NCBI GenBank assembly: GCA_951406725.2
Contig: OX597814.1
Coordinates: 160,394,001 to 160,458,000, forward strand
DNA length: 64,000 nt
Direction: 5' to 3'
Source: Octopus vulgaris
Taxonomy: Eukaryota
The notes beneath the pieces were generated by a model. That model was given only the letters and a program-made list of their open reading frames with translations. It had not been told where the DNA came from and did not search any database. Made by a program: the position numbers and the translations under genes. Shown here in pieces: positions 1-12,697 of the stretch (positions are counted from its first letter, which is position 1; every line of letters starts with the position of its first letter).

Positions 1-424
1 CTATCATATGTATCCTTTCTCAAGACGATAGGATCTGGATTGAGGCAGATTTGTCTACGCTGTCAAACAGGATCAAACAGACTCGAAAGAAAATCGACCT
101 CTCTAATCTGAGTGAGAACTTAATGAGATATATGAGGAAATTGAGAAATGGACGATATTCTAAGTAATAGAGTAATATTCAGAGTAGTTTGCAGAATGTA
201 TAGTAGCATATATGCTGCAAAAATGTCAATCCAGTCAAGCATCTGACATAGAATAGTGACTGAGCATTGTTAGCATTCGTTCTACGTTATTTATTCTGAA
301 CTCGTGACAGAGATTCGGCGTGTAGTGATATCTTTGTTGTCCGCAACATTGTCTTGAATTCTGTGCAACATTTTAAAAACATTTCTGCTGATCATTTAAT
401 ATCTGCAAACTCGATATACTTTTT

Positions 425-580
425 AAACAGGTATGGTTGTGTGGTAAAAGGTAAAAAAAAAAGAAAAAGTTCAGTTTCGAATTCGATCTCTCAGAGTGAC
501 GCACAGGACAAGTCTGTTCTATCAAAGTTTCGAGTGGACAACATATTTGTGAATGAAATTAGTTGATAGAAACTGCTTCA
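425..580 (+). mobile_element. Degenerate 5' half of tRNA-derived SINE family A
   Basis: TATGGTTGTGTGGTAAA ... GTTTCGAATTC ... GCACAGGACAAGT ... GATAGAAACTG aligns loosely to the head of the full copy at 6241-6650. Confidence 0.45.
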
Positions 581-2270
581 AAGCTGCCGAATGGCCACAT
601 CCTTTTCTTCTTACCTGTAAAACATAATCCGTTACCCTGATTAACATTACGAATGGACCCGTGGCTACCTTTGATTGGAGTCCACTCCATTAAAAACATT
701 TAGGCCCTGTCTCTTATCTGAGAATAATCACACCAGTTTCGCCGGTCCTGGAAAGAGAAAAGAGTGTTTCCTTTCCTCTTCTGGCTAAGCTAAGTAATGA
801 GCATTTTTTAAATGTCTCAGATAGCAACTATTTACTCAGATATGTTTATAGAGAAATTTTCTATTTAAGTATATATCAAATGTCTTTTTTTTTTCTCTTT
901 TTCCTTTATCGCAAAGTGACGAGAATTTGTGATTTCAGCTTTAATTCACTATAATCAGTCTTGTAAAAATAATTTATCCCGTTTGGAATGATTGATGGAA
1001 CTTTGGTAGAGTTAATTAGTTTAATATTAACAAGCCTAATGATTTGTATCAGAGCGATGGCATTGACCGCTGAAGTATTTTAAAAAGTCGTGCGTTTTAA
1101 CCCGAAGTATTTCTTTAAATTTAATTGCGAGAATTATCACTATGTATGTATATGTGTATAAATATACATATATATGCGTGTGTGTATATATATATGTGTG
1201 TGTGTGTGTGTACGTATATGTATGTATATGTATATGTGTTTGAGTGTGTGTGTGTGTATGTGTGTGTGTATGTGTGCATGTGTAGTTGTTGTACATGGTT
1301 TGTCTTGAGAATGTAGTATTTTAACGGAAATGAAGGTGTTATAATATGATATTTGTTTCTACTTCGCTGTATTTTAAATTTAGCACTCGTATATAGAGGG
1401 ATATGTGCTAATTATTGCGTACATAAATGATTTTATGCAGAAAATAAGAATATTTTCCACTCACACAATTATCCTGACTATATATGTATGTGTGTGTAAG
1501 TTTGTATATTATTGCATATCAGTGAGTGTATTTGTAAATATGGATATCAGTTTCTCGGTACTTACTGAATTCTTTCAGATGATGATGGAACGAAAGAATA
1601 ATTTCCAAAGTATTAAAAATTTTAATATTTCTTCTGAGATTGAAATTTCGAGAACTTTCGAACAAAAACAGGAGTTCTTGTTCTTCTTTCATTCCATTGC
1701 TAGAAGAACGAGGTTTTTTTTTTTAAGAAAAAAAAAGACAAAAGCAAAAGAAAAAAGACAAGAAAATGTTGGACAAAGGAAACCATTGAATGAAGTCCAG
1801 CGATGTTTACATGAATAGGCCGTTAATAAGAGGTAATATCGTAGAAAACACGATGTCATACCACGACCGACACTCTTTAAATGTCAACGAATGAACAAAA
1901 ACCGGGGAAAAAATGTATACGTCATATTTTATTTGTCCAAAGGTCAAGTTAAAATCTTCAGAGAGGATATAAGAAGTAAAAAATGTCAAAGACAATATCA
2001 ATGAGAAGAACTCTGAGAGTTACGGCAGTTTCAGTGGACATTCAGCACTGTTTGAGTTTGCCAGAACTGAGATTGCTCAAGGAAAACTTTTCGTCCGCCG
2101 TTCTAATGACCTTCAACGCTACTTAGAAAGCGGAATTGAAGAATGAAAGCCATTTTAATCATATCGTATATACATTTTTTGCACACAAATTCATATACAT
2201 ACATACACACGCACGCACACAACACACACACACACACAAATGTGTTTATGTATATATATATATATATATT

Positions 2271-2310
<40 letters not shown>

Positions 2311-2601
2311 TGCATGTATGTGTATATTATATGTATATATTTGTATATATATACCGGTATATATTTATATTTATTTACTTCGACACGCATAAACACATAT
2401 TCATATGCATATTAAATGATGCGAGTATATATCATATTTTATTATAAATTTCTAGCGGTGCAAGAATATGTTTAGTAAACATGGACTTAGAATCTTTATG
2501 AAAATAAAAAGCGGTGCTTTAATTACGTTAGTGTTAGCATCCAGGATGAAAGATCGAATCGATTAGTTTCTGTTTTCGTAAAAGCATCATCAGGTTTTGC
2601 T

Positions 2602-2663
<62 letters not shown>

Positions 2664-3205
2664 CTCGCTCTTTCTCTCTCTCTCCCTCTCTGCTGGGAAA
2701 TGCACTGATACTCTAGCAGAAAACGTAAACAAGATCAAAGGAAGTTTGAGCGCACTGACATAGAGGTGCAAAGTTAATTAAATGTAGCTGTTATATAGTC
2801 TTCTTGAGATTAAATTTTTAGAGTTACAGCTACATGTTGAAACCCACTCTGCAAATGGTTATTCATTATTTAACCATGGCGTCTGTTTTCATATCATGGC
2901 GCGTGTCTGTGTTGATTTACAACTTTATATCTTCACTGCCCCCATATTAACTGAAAGCAGAAAAGATAAGCAGAACAACCAACGAGCTATCCCTTCTGCT
3001 GTCGCTCGCCCTTTTAGAAAAAACCTTTCAAATCACACCCAACTGTTTTAAAATAGGAAGAGGCACTGCTGGGATGTCTTCGATTACATTTCAAATCATT
3101 ATTATTCTAGCTTGTTTTATTAACAATACTGTATAGAACAAGATCGTGAATTATAAAATTTTGAAGACGATCAAATATTTATCTGAAGTTTCTGAAGGCT
3201 TAAAT

Positions 3206-3558
3206 CAGGGTTTCACAACCACTTTTTTTTATCTATGGACCCTTTTGATTATTATTCTATTCTAGTGGACCCCATAGTCATTTGATGTTTTAAAAACTAG
3301 TCTTATAGAAACTTCTTTCAAAATCCCTATTTTGGTTTTCAAAAACTTGTGTCCTTTCAACTATGTAAAATGTTAGAGAAAGAAACTTGCTAGTCTTGCA
3401 ATACACACCAATACATAGTTCTAAGTCAAAATTTTTTCAAAGGCCCTTAAAATACTATTGAGGATCCCAAATTTACTATTTTGTTATGTGCCCCCCACCC
3501 TAAAAAAAATACTATATGAACCCTCAGGGGCCATATAGACACTGGTTGAGAATCACTG
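3206..3558. mobile_element. hAT (Charlie-like) non-autonomous MITE
   Basis: Termini CAGGGTTTCACAACC (3206) and GGTTGAGAATCACTG (ends 3558) are imperfect inverted repeats of the CAG(T/G)GGTTCTCAACC type; 8-bp flanks GCTTAAAT / CCTTAAAC match 6/8, like a TSD. Confidence 0.7.
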
Positions 3559-4067
3559 CCTTAAACCAAAAATATATTTTATTTATTCACGGCCCAACTT
3601 CATACACCTTGCGGCTTGAGAACCGCTGTTCGATAATCTGGTTGTATCTGATCCCATTAAGATAGTGCTTTTGTTGACTATTGAGTTGTTTTGACTTTTG
3701 TTTCTAGTAATACTGCTGTTGATTAATGCCCTTGTTCACTTTTAGTGACGTGTATATTTTTATCTACACACACAAACATACACACTCACACAACACACAC
3801 AAATACACAGACAGATAAATACAAGAAGATATTACAACAATAAATTAATATATTACGATACATTAAATACATTATAATATAGGTGGCTATAGCAATTAAA
3901 AACCAAAAAGGTAGAATACTTAAATAAGGATGCAAATAACACCTACAGTTGCTAGAAATAGGAGCTAAAACATATAACTCAAATAGCCACACAAAATCAC
4001 CAACCTCATGAGATATTCGAGAGATTACGTGCGGCAATCCGCATCTTTCTCCAGCGAGAATATATGT

Positions 4068-4120
<53 letters not shown>

Positions 4121-4121
4121 T

Positions 4122-4511
4122 TATGCTTTTGCTCGTTTCAGTCATTTTACTGCAGCCATGCTGGAGCACCGCCTTTTAGTCGAACAAATCGACCCCAGGA
4201 CTTATTCTTTGGAAGCCTAGTACCTATTCTATCGGTCTCTTTTGCCGAACCGCTAAGTTACGGAGACGTAAACACACCACCATCGGTTATTGGGGGAACA
4301 AACACAGACACACAAACATATATACACACGTACATATATATGCATATATACGACGGGCTTCTTTCAGTTTCCGTCTACCAAATCCATTCACAAGGCTTTG
4401 GTCAGCCCGAAGCTATAGTAGAAGACACTTACCCAAGGTGCCACGCAGTGGGAACGAACCCGGAACTATGTGACTGGTAAGCAAACTAATCACCACACAG
4501 CCACTCCTGTG

Positions 4512-4514
<3 letters not shown>
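4122..4514 (-). mobile_element. tRNA-derived SINE family A, near full length
   Basis: Reverse complement of the 6241-6650 copy; A/B-box head, CACCTTGGGTAAGTGTCTTCTACTATAGC body, internal CA/TA microsatellite, GGTGCTCCAGCATGGCTGCAGT tail. Confidence 0.9.
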
Positions 4515-4581
<67 letters not shown>

Positions 4582-5351
4582 GAAAAATGCATAAAATACT
4601 GAAAAGCGTACACGTAGGACAGACATTAGGACGGTAATTCTTCATTAGTTGTCGAATGAAAATACTATTACCTAGTTTCATGCCTTTAGCGATAAGTCTA
4701 GGAACTTCGTATATTGGCGGCACCCGCAAGATTTGCGTAGAATTAGGGCTCGAGCAAATAAAATGTACAAGGCGGACGTACTAAAATAATTTGAAACGAC
4801 AGACGAAAACACACACATGCACATATATGAATATATATACATATATATATATATATATATTTAATGTACATATATGACATTCGTTTCCCTACATATAATG
4901 AACATTAATTATGAGCAGTATGATGTAGGTGTGTGCATGTGTGCTTGCATGCGTGCGTGCATGTGTCCGTGCGTGTGTGTGTGTGTGTGTGTGCATGTGT
5001 GTGAGTGTGTTTGTGCGTGTGTGTACGTGCGCATGGGTGTTCCTTCTGAAAATTTCTCTTTTGAAGGTAATGTATAATAAACCGTACACTGTTCGATAAA
5101 TTAAGTCATATCTTATCCCCTGGATGCCACTCGGAACAGGATAAAGACTTTCTCAGAAACGGAAAAAAAAAACTTAATATTATAAGCCCGAAGCTGAAAA
5201 TGCATCACTCATTTATTATTCACTTAGCTAATTGTTATATAGGTTCCATACATACAGACAACATATCCAAGATTCTCTTTTACTTCACTTGGCACAATGG
5301 TAAATAGACTGAGGTCACAAGACAAAAGGCTCGTTGATGACAAAGCGAATT

Positions 5352-5457
<106 letters not shown>

Positions 5458-5930
5458 GTATAATTTTTTAAATAATTACATATATGGCTTCTTTCCCCAT
5501 GCCAAAACGTATTTCATAGAGCCCACTGTTTTAAATGTTTTTACATATATAAAAGAAGTAGCAGAAAAAGTTTTGTAGGGAGAACCAGTAATATCGGCTA
5601 CGTGTTAAAGTGAGATGGGGTGCATGGAAGCACCGTTATGACTAGGAAAACTAACGATCTTTAACTGGAGAGCAATCTGATCAGGTTGTTACAATGTCCT
5701 TATCAGCCATGTTATAAATTTGACTAAACTCGTATTCCCGTACTTCTACTTACTGTAGATGATAGACGATGGGCTTTGAAAGGCATCTGACATACCATTT
5801 CATTTCTGTTCATGTGTGTGTACGTACAAACAACCATACAATACAACTCACACATGCAACAATGGTCGCTTTGTTTACAATACATTGCTAGCTGGAGCGG
5901 ACTCTGACCGTCTCTCTGGCGATCAGGTGT

Positions 5931-5979
5931 TCGCGACTGAAGATGAGCAGACTAGCTCGAAAATGACTCATTCTCACGA
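5931..5979 (+). ncRNA. Type I minimal hammerhead ribozyme with canonical core
   Basis: Stem I TCGCGA/TCACGA (5/6 pairs), core CTGAAGA, extra T, stem II GAGC-agacta-GCTC, GAAA, stem III A-ATGA-c-TCAT-T, predicted cleavage after C5973 (UUC). Confidence 0.75.
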
Positions 5980-6174
5980 TTCTGCCATCTGCTGAAGGAC
6001 AGTAGGGGTTTACTCCCCTGCTAGCAATATATATGTACAGGGTGCAGGATTGTACCGATAACCAGCTGGCGGAAGATATGCCGGGGGTTAAACTTTTGAT
6101 GTGACGATTAACTTTACTTGTTAGTATAGTTACTAATCTGATCTTTTCTTGAGATTTTACAACTAGCTACTTTG

Positions 6175-6215
<41 letters not shown>

Positions 6216-6240
6216 CATATATATTCCATATATATTCCAA

Positions 6241-6650
6241 AGCACAAGAGTGGCTATGTGGTAAGTAGCTTGCTTACCAACCACATGGTTTCGGGTTCAG
6301 TCCCACTGCGTGGCACCTTGGGCAAGTGTCTTCTACTATAGCCTCGGGCTGACCAAATCCTTGTGAGTGGATTTGGTAGACGCAAACTGAAAGAAGCCCG
6401 TCAATAATATGTATATGTATATGTATGTGTGTGTATACGTTTGTGTGTCTGTGTTTGTCACCCCAACATCGCTTGACAACCGATGGTGGTGTGTTTGCGT
6501 CCCCGTAACTTAGCGGTTCAGCAAATGTGACCGATAGAACAAGTACTAGGCTTACAAAGAATAAGTCCTGAGGTCGATTTGCTCCACGAAAGACGGTGCT
6601 CCAGCATGGCCGCAGTCAAATGACTGAAACAAGTAAAGCGAGTAAGAGTA
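6241..6650 (+). mobile_element. tRNA-derived SINE family A, full length (reference copy)
   Basis: A-box-like GTGGCTATGTGGTAAG, B-box-like GGTTCAGTCCC, GGCACCTTGGGCAAGTG, internal TA/TG tract, tail ...AAATGACTGAAACAAGTAAAG; many dispersed copies in the window. Confidence 0.92.
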
Positions 6651-6653
6651 TAT

Positions 6654-6700
<47 letters not shown>

Positions 6701-6704
6701 GATA

Positions 6705-6925
6705 TATGTAACGGGAAGCTTTATGAAAATAAACAAAAGACGAAGGCAGGTGGAATACAAACGAACAATTGTATTAGTATGGCGCTCAGGAATAGAAATA
6801 AAACAAGTCTTTTACGTTTCGAGCCTACGATCTTCAACAGAAAGATACACAGAAAAGAAACACGGAGAGAAACAAGCAGAGAAAAAAATGCGTGCAGAAG
6901 CTAGCGAATCAACATGGCGATCTTA
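6705..6925 (-). mobile_element. Short non-coding element with hammerhead fold at 6809-6844
   Basis: Minus strand reads CTTT-CTGTTGA-A-GATC-gtag-GCTC-GAAA-CG-TA-AAAG; homologous to 36570-36735; flanked by TA-rich tracts. Confidence 0.65.
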
Positions 6926-6944
6926 TAGATATATGTATATATGT

Positions 6945-7057
6945 AAGCACTAGGTTTCCAAATAATAAATCCTGGGGTCGATTTGCTCGACTAAAGGCGG
7001 TGATCCAGCATGGCCACAGTCAAATGACTGAAACAAGTAAAAGCGAGTAAAGAGTAT
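6945..7057 (+). mobile_element. SINE family A 3' fragment
   Basis: CCTGGGGTCGATTTGCTCGACTAAAGGCGGTG...AAATGACTGAAACAAGTAAAAG. Confidence 0.85.
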
Positions 7058-7236
7058 ATTCCGTTTAAGGCATTATTCCCTAGGTTCCCAAGGTTTTTTT
7101 ATGATACTTTGTTTAAGGGATTCCTTTCAGTTCCGTATGAATATATATAAATAAATAAAAATCATTGGAAGAATCAATTTATTAGACGGAGTCCAATAAG
7201 TGTCATCAAATAAATGGAATAGGTTTTGATGCTAAT

Positions 7237-7570
7237 ATGGAATATGAAGACGCACGCTGGAAAGCGGAACATTTTCCTATCGAAGTCAGATGTAGAGGGT
7301 TTGTTGGACACAGCGTGAGACGACTGTTGTTATCGCTAGGCCTAACTCATCGTAAAGTCAATACCACCATGACTGATATCCAATCTACAGTGGAGAAGGC
7401 TAGCCACTGGATTTGGTTAAAAAGAGACGATGAGCGATGGCTAGAAGGATATTGAGTTTAACTTTATAACCAGCTGATCTAGCAAGCGGGGCCTCATTTC
7501 AGTGAGGGGGCCCGGTGCGCATTGATGCCGTCGAGAGATAGGCCCCGAAACGGTATACGGAGCTTTTGAC
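7237..7570 (+). mobile_element. 3' fragment of a Hero-like non-LTR retrotransposon (restriction-like endonuclease C-terminus plus 3' UTR)
   Basis: WKAEHFPIEVRCRGFVGHSVRRLL...VEKASHWIWLKR resembles the PIEVGCRGF...AEKASRWLWLKR C-terminus of Hero-clade elements; GC-rich structured tail follows. Confidence 0.7.
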
Positions 7571-7939
7571 TGGTAGCACTTGCATGTGCAAGTTGTTTGC
7601 AAGACATTTAACCAGACAGCTATTCCTGTCACAAAAAAACCGTATTTCAGGAATACAATTGAAGAACAGGTTATTTCGACAAAAGTAATACACATTATTA
7701 TATTAAGTCATTCGGAACTCATCAGTGGATAATAATTAAATATTATGTTATCTGTAAGAGTGCACATTTCTACACAAAGCTGTGTCTCCAAAAGTTAATT
7801 CGCAATATATTAATTGTTGTTATAGTTGTCGTTAACCATATGATTCAGAGTCATTCCTACCATGACCATCAAGTATTTTCTTCCAATGATTTTTATCTAT
7901 ATATAGAGAGAGAGTTAGACAGGCACATATATATATATT

Positions 7940-8416
7940 GTTTTCCTTGTGTCAGTCATTGAACTACAGCCGTGCTGGGTCATCGACTTCAAAGGTCTAA
8001 TCGAATAAATCGACCCCAGTATTTATTTTATTTAAGCCTGGCTCTTATTCTGTCGGTCTGTTTTACCGAACCGATTGTTAAGGGAAGATAAACAAGCCAG
8101 TACTGCTTATCAAGTGTAGTGGAGACAAAATACAAAGACACCCGCTGAGATATATTTGTGTGTGTGTGCGTGCATGTGTGTGTGCGTGCATGCGTGTGTG
8201 CGTGCATGTGTGTGTGAGTGCATGTGTGTGTGCGTGCATGTGTGTGTGCGTGCATGTGTGTGTGTGCGTGCATGTGTGTGTGCGTGCATGTGTGTGTGCG
8301 TGCATGTGTGTGTGCATGCATGTGTGTGTTCGTGCATGTGTGTGTGTGCATGTGTGCGTGCGTGCATGTGTGTGTTTGTGTGTATGTGCGCATGCGTGTG
8401 TGCATCTGTGCGTCTC

Positions 8417-8447
<31 letters not shown>

Positions 8448-8585
8448 TTCTCGAAATTCCCTGCAAATCTTGAGGTGAATGTGGGCTGTTAGAAGACACT
8501 TGCCCATGGTACCATACCGTGTGATTGAACTCCCAAACCATGTGATTATAAAGCGAATTTCTTAATCACATCGACATGCCTCTGT
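7940..8585 (-). mobile_element. Diverged SINE family A copy with expanded internal (TG/CATG/CGTG) microsatellite
   Basis: Tail at 7940-8130, head at 8490-8585, about 290 bp of microsatellite between them. Confidence 0.75.
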
Positions 8586-9937
8586 CTTTTGATACATCTT
8601 TTAAAGTTGGACTCCTGGGAAATATTCTTGAGGAAGTTATATTTCATGTGACGTCTCTTAGTCACTGAAATATGAAGTTTCGGCTATTAATTTGTTGGCG
8701 TTGCTGCTACTGCTGCTACTGCTGCTGCTGTTGCTACTGTTATTATTTCTTTTTAATCGCATGTTAGCACTGATTAATCAAACATGATCAAAACCTTGTA
8801 GCCATGACATTTTCATCTTTATATAATTTCAAACATAGTGTTTCAAAAGTCCAATTTCTAATTCATCATTCCGACTTCATTGCAGATATGAATTAAAATG
8901 AATTCAATCGGTATTGGTAACAGATCAAGTTAACATGTAGAATCTCCAGCACAAGCTCTTTTCTTCTGTCGCCTAGTGTGCCTCAGTCAGTGCAATAACA
9001 AGACTGTTCAAAGAATGAACCATGAGACTAATCACCTTAGTTCTAGTGGGGAGAAAAGTCCTTCACCAAAAAAGTGACAAGGTTTTCTTTCTTTCTTTGC
9101 GTCAAAGCAGTTGCAGGAATATGTGAGTCAGCGTGTATTTCAGTAGTGTGTACAGATGCCTTTTTACTACAAAAGTATGTGTGATTACTCTATATGCCTA
9201 CGAATGTGTTTGTTATATGCTTATGTTGTCGTGTGCATGTGTTCATCACAGAAAGTTGAAAGGGAGATTCTTCACTGCACAACTAATCGATTTTTGTATT
9301 CAGAGTAGGCGAACCAGCTTCAACTGCTTTGCTTTTTCTCGAAAACATTTAGATTTCCTGTTTGCTTTTGTTTTGTTTGTTCTTTAACGAAAATGTGTTG
9401 TTAAATAACCCCGTGCAGCTACGATGTGTACACAAGGAAATCTATAGCCTGTTAGTCCATCAGTGATGTTCTCTTTTACAACATCTTTAAATGAGACCGG
9501 CACATCCGCGAAGCTGATTTTTAGAACAGTACTTTTTAGTTCCCTGTCCCGCAGGACGATATCACGCTCGTTGTATTTGCACCAGTCTGCTGTTTCATTG
9601 AAATACTCCATAAGCATTCCTTGTTTTTAAAGATGTGGATACATTTTGGTTCTAGTATGTCTTTGGTATAACTCTCAGATAAATCCTACTGTATGTTAAT
9701 CAAAATGTTTCTATGAATGTTTAGGTTTTTCTTTGTCTCGTATAAATTCATATAAAGAAATTCGTTTTCTGGTACTCACTGTAATACATTGTACCTATTA
9801 AAGTAATGTTGTTGAAGGAGGCAGCCAGAGAACTTTGTTTTAGCTTGAATCACCCAATATGATAGCCGAATGTCTCTCAAGTCACATAGGAAGTGTAACA
9901 GATAAAATAAATATAATTATCGTAAACAAATAAAAAA

Positions 9938-9975
9938 GCTCAATGTTTCGGGTTATATGCCCTTAATCGAGGAAG
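9938..9975 (-). ncRNA. Decayed minimal hammerhead relic
   Basis: Minus strand CTC-GATTA-A-GGG-catataa-CCC-GAAA-CA-TT-GAG; stem II and GAAAC are kept but the core is damaged. Confidence 0.35.
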
Positions 9976-10149
9976 AGTAAGCTTTCAATACTGCATCCGA
10001 AATATATCTATGAAAAGGTCACCTTAGATAATGTAGCCTGACGGGAAGATAACTACAGGAATGCCTTTGTTTACAGGCCTGCTCAATCAACGCTGAACGG
10101 GGGAAGACAATAGCAACAACAGCAGCAGCAGCAACAGCAACGAAATCAA

Positions 10150-10700
10150 TTGTTTATGGATTTGAATTTGAAAAATTCAGGCTAGCTATTTCTAATCTTT
10201 CTTTAGAAATCCAACTCCTCAAGGTTACTGCAAAGACTTTTGATTATATAACCAACTGGTTCAATGTTTATAGGTATAAACCAGATAACAATAGACGCGA
10301 GTTCTGCATCAGATGAACATAAAGATTCACCTTTTCACTGACTTTTGATCAGTAAATGATCAGCTGGGAATTAGATTTCCGCAACAGTACATATTCATGC
10401 TCTCTGTGTCAGAGAACAATATCTGGTCTTTTATGCAATCATTTGATAGGAGTTTTAAATGGAATGTTCCACCAATATTTCATGTATTCTTCAATAGATA
10501 TTTTTTCTCTCTCTCTATTTCCTCTTAAGCAATCCTTCTTTCGAATGACATTGTATACACGTTTTTGCTATCATGTCATGCCTCGTAGGAAGTTTTAATC
10601 TTGCTGACATTTTCGGACGAATTCGCCGGTTTATTGAAAACGTAAGATGAGTGCTATTTGAATTGGAAGTAGATTCAAGGTGGAGAATAATGGGCATAGA
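10150..10700 (-). pseudogene. Degenerate R4/Dong-like LINE 3' fragment
   Basis: Minus strand gives PKMSARLKLPTRHDMIAK / VYNVIRKKDC / KYWWNIPFKTPIK / KRPDIVL across frameshifts; same family as 16985-17565 and 52150-53030. Confidence 0.75.
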
Positions 10701-11341
10701 GAAAATGTATTTCAGGTTTTCTAAAGTAGAAAACGGGACTGGTATAAACCTGGAGAGTTACACAAATTGCGTGGAGCGGGGACATTAAATGCTATACAGT
10801 TATAGGAGGTGTACAGGACTGTAATAAAGACATAAAGTCACTAGACTGGTATTGAAAACTGACAAAAAGGAATTTTCAATGCTTGACATTTTATATTGAT
10901 CCTACCGAGATTGTGTAAACTTATGACGTTGTGTCTAAGACCGAACAGAAGTGAGATAAGATCAAAATAGAGAATAAAAAAATAAGTATAACAATGATTA
11001 TTGCAGCACACGCCAATATTCATATATATATATACATAGGTATTCATGTTCTTTTTACAGATTGGATTGCGTCACAAATTGTAGATATAAAGCATCAGGT
11101 TAAGTTATTGTTTTCTTAAGGTTATGCAACCCACCTAACCGCGATATATGTATGTATATTTATATATATATATATATGCATGCTTGTGCGCATACATATA
11201 TATGTAAAAGTATAAATATACTTACACACGCGTGCACACATACATACATATGCATTCGTGGGGATGGGTGCTTGTGTACAAATATACATAAACACATTCA
11301 TATAAATGTGCATGAGCATTCGTATATATATATATATATAT

Positions 11342-11387
<46 letters not shown>

Positions 11388-11427
11388 AAAAAGAAGTCAA
11401 GATAGAAAATGCTAAAATAATTTTATA

Positions 11428-11463
11428 AAAAACATTTCAGTCATTGAGACTTTTTCAACTGTA
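11428..11463 (-). ncRNA. Decayed minimal hammerhead relic
   Basis: Minus strand TTGAAAA-AGTC-tcaat-GACT-GAAA-TG-TT; perfect 4-bp stem II before GAAA, core two changes from CTGAAGA. Confidence 0.35.
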
Positions 11464-11659
11464 AGTATGGAAAACAATTAAATTTAGAAAAATTAGAAGA
11501 AATTTTTTTTAAAAGAATATTTGTATAGTGTTCAAATACAAGAGGCATTTTCCTTGTTTCTGCCTGTCTCTGACTCTCTTCTATACTCTTGTGGGTTCGA
11601 GGTCGTTGTGAATATATATATATATATATAAATATGCATATATATATGTATATATATAT

Positions 11660-11875
11660 TCAAAATGTGACCGCTTGTGTACCGTTGACGATTTTTTTCC
11701 CTCTGTCTTCCCTTCTCTGGATCTTTCCTTCTCCCATGTTTCCGACGAAGAGCTCCGCTCGAAACGTTAAGCCCTCCTTCTTTCCTTCTTTCCTGAGCCT
11801 CCAATAATACTATATTTGTTCCACGTCCTCGCGTTGTTGTGTTTTTTTTTGTGCTTTCATGTTTGGATTAACTCT
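11660..11875 (+). mobile_element. Short non-coding element with hammerhead fold at 11738-11772
   Basis: GTTT-CCGACGA-A-GAGC-tcc-GCTC-GAAA-CG-TT-AAGC; downstream TTCCTGAGC...TAATAC motif shared with 6705-6925 and 36570-36735; (TA)n on both sides. Confidence 0.65.
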
Positions 11876-11925
11876 ATGTATATATATATATATATATATA
11901 ATTAAGTATATACGTATGTATGTAT

Positions 11926-12036
<111 letters not shown>

Positions 12037-12413
12037 AACGTACATACAAACACATGACTGTATGTCTGGTAGATGTTAGCGGAAAAAAGTGTTAGTATTG
12101 CTTCTTCAATGTGACTGAGTTTTGAAAATTCATCATTCCATCAACATGATCGATTCATCATCTTTCTCTTCTCTTAAATCTACATCTGTTCCTGATATCT
12201 CTTTAAAGAGAGGATACGCTCGATCCAACAACCTTTATAATTAACGACAAACATTTGGAAATCTTTGCCATCTCTTTACTTTGTCCCGATCGCCAAACCG
12301 TAAAATTACTTGTAATAAACGAATTCTCATTCTGTCGTCAGCTGATTCGTAATTCTTCATCTGATAGTTGCTCAAAGTAGCTTCCCAGCCCTCACCAGAT
12401 ATATATATATATG

Positions 12414-12477
<64 letters not shown>

Positions 12478-12507
<30 letters not shown>

Positions 12508-12545
12508 TATAGATAGATAGATAGATAGATAGATTGACAGAGAGG

Positions 12546-12587
<42 letters not shown>

Positions 12588-12588
12588 T

Positions 12589-12685
<97 letters not shown>

Positions 12686-12697
12686 CAGAGAGGTAGA
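12478..12697. repeat. (GATA)n array at the 3' end of the Tx1 element
   Basis: Direct reading; contains the interruption GACAGAGAGGTAGATA twice. Confidence 0.95.

Noticed and set aside
6241-6320. SINE heads as functional tRNA genes
   Set aside because: Only A/B boxes are retained; no full cloverleaf, and each continues into a SINE body
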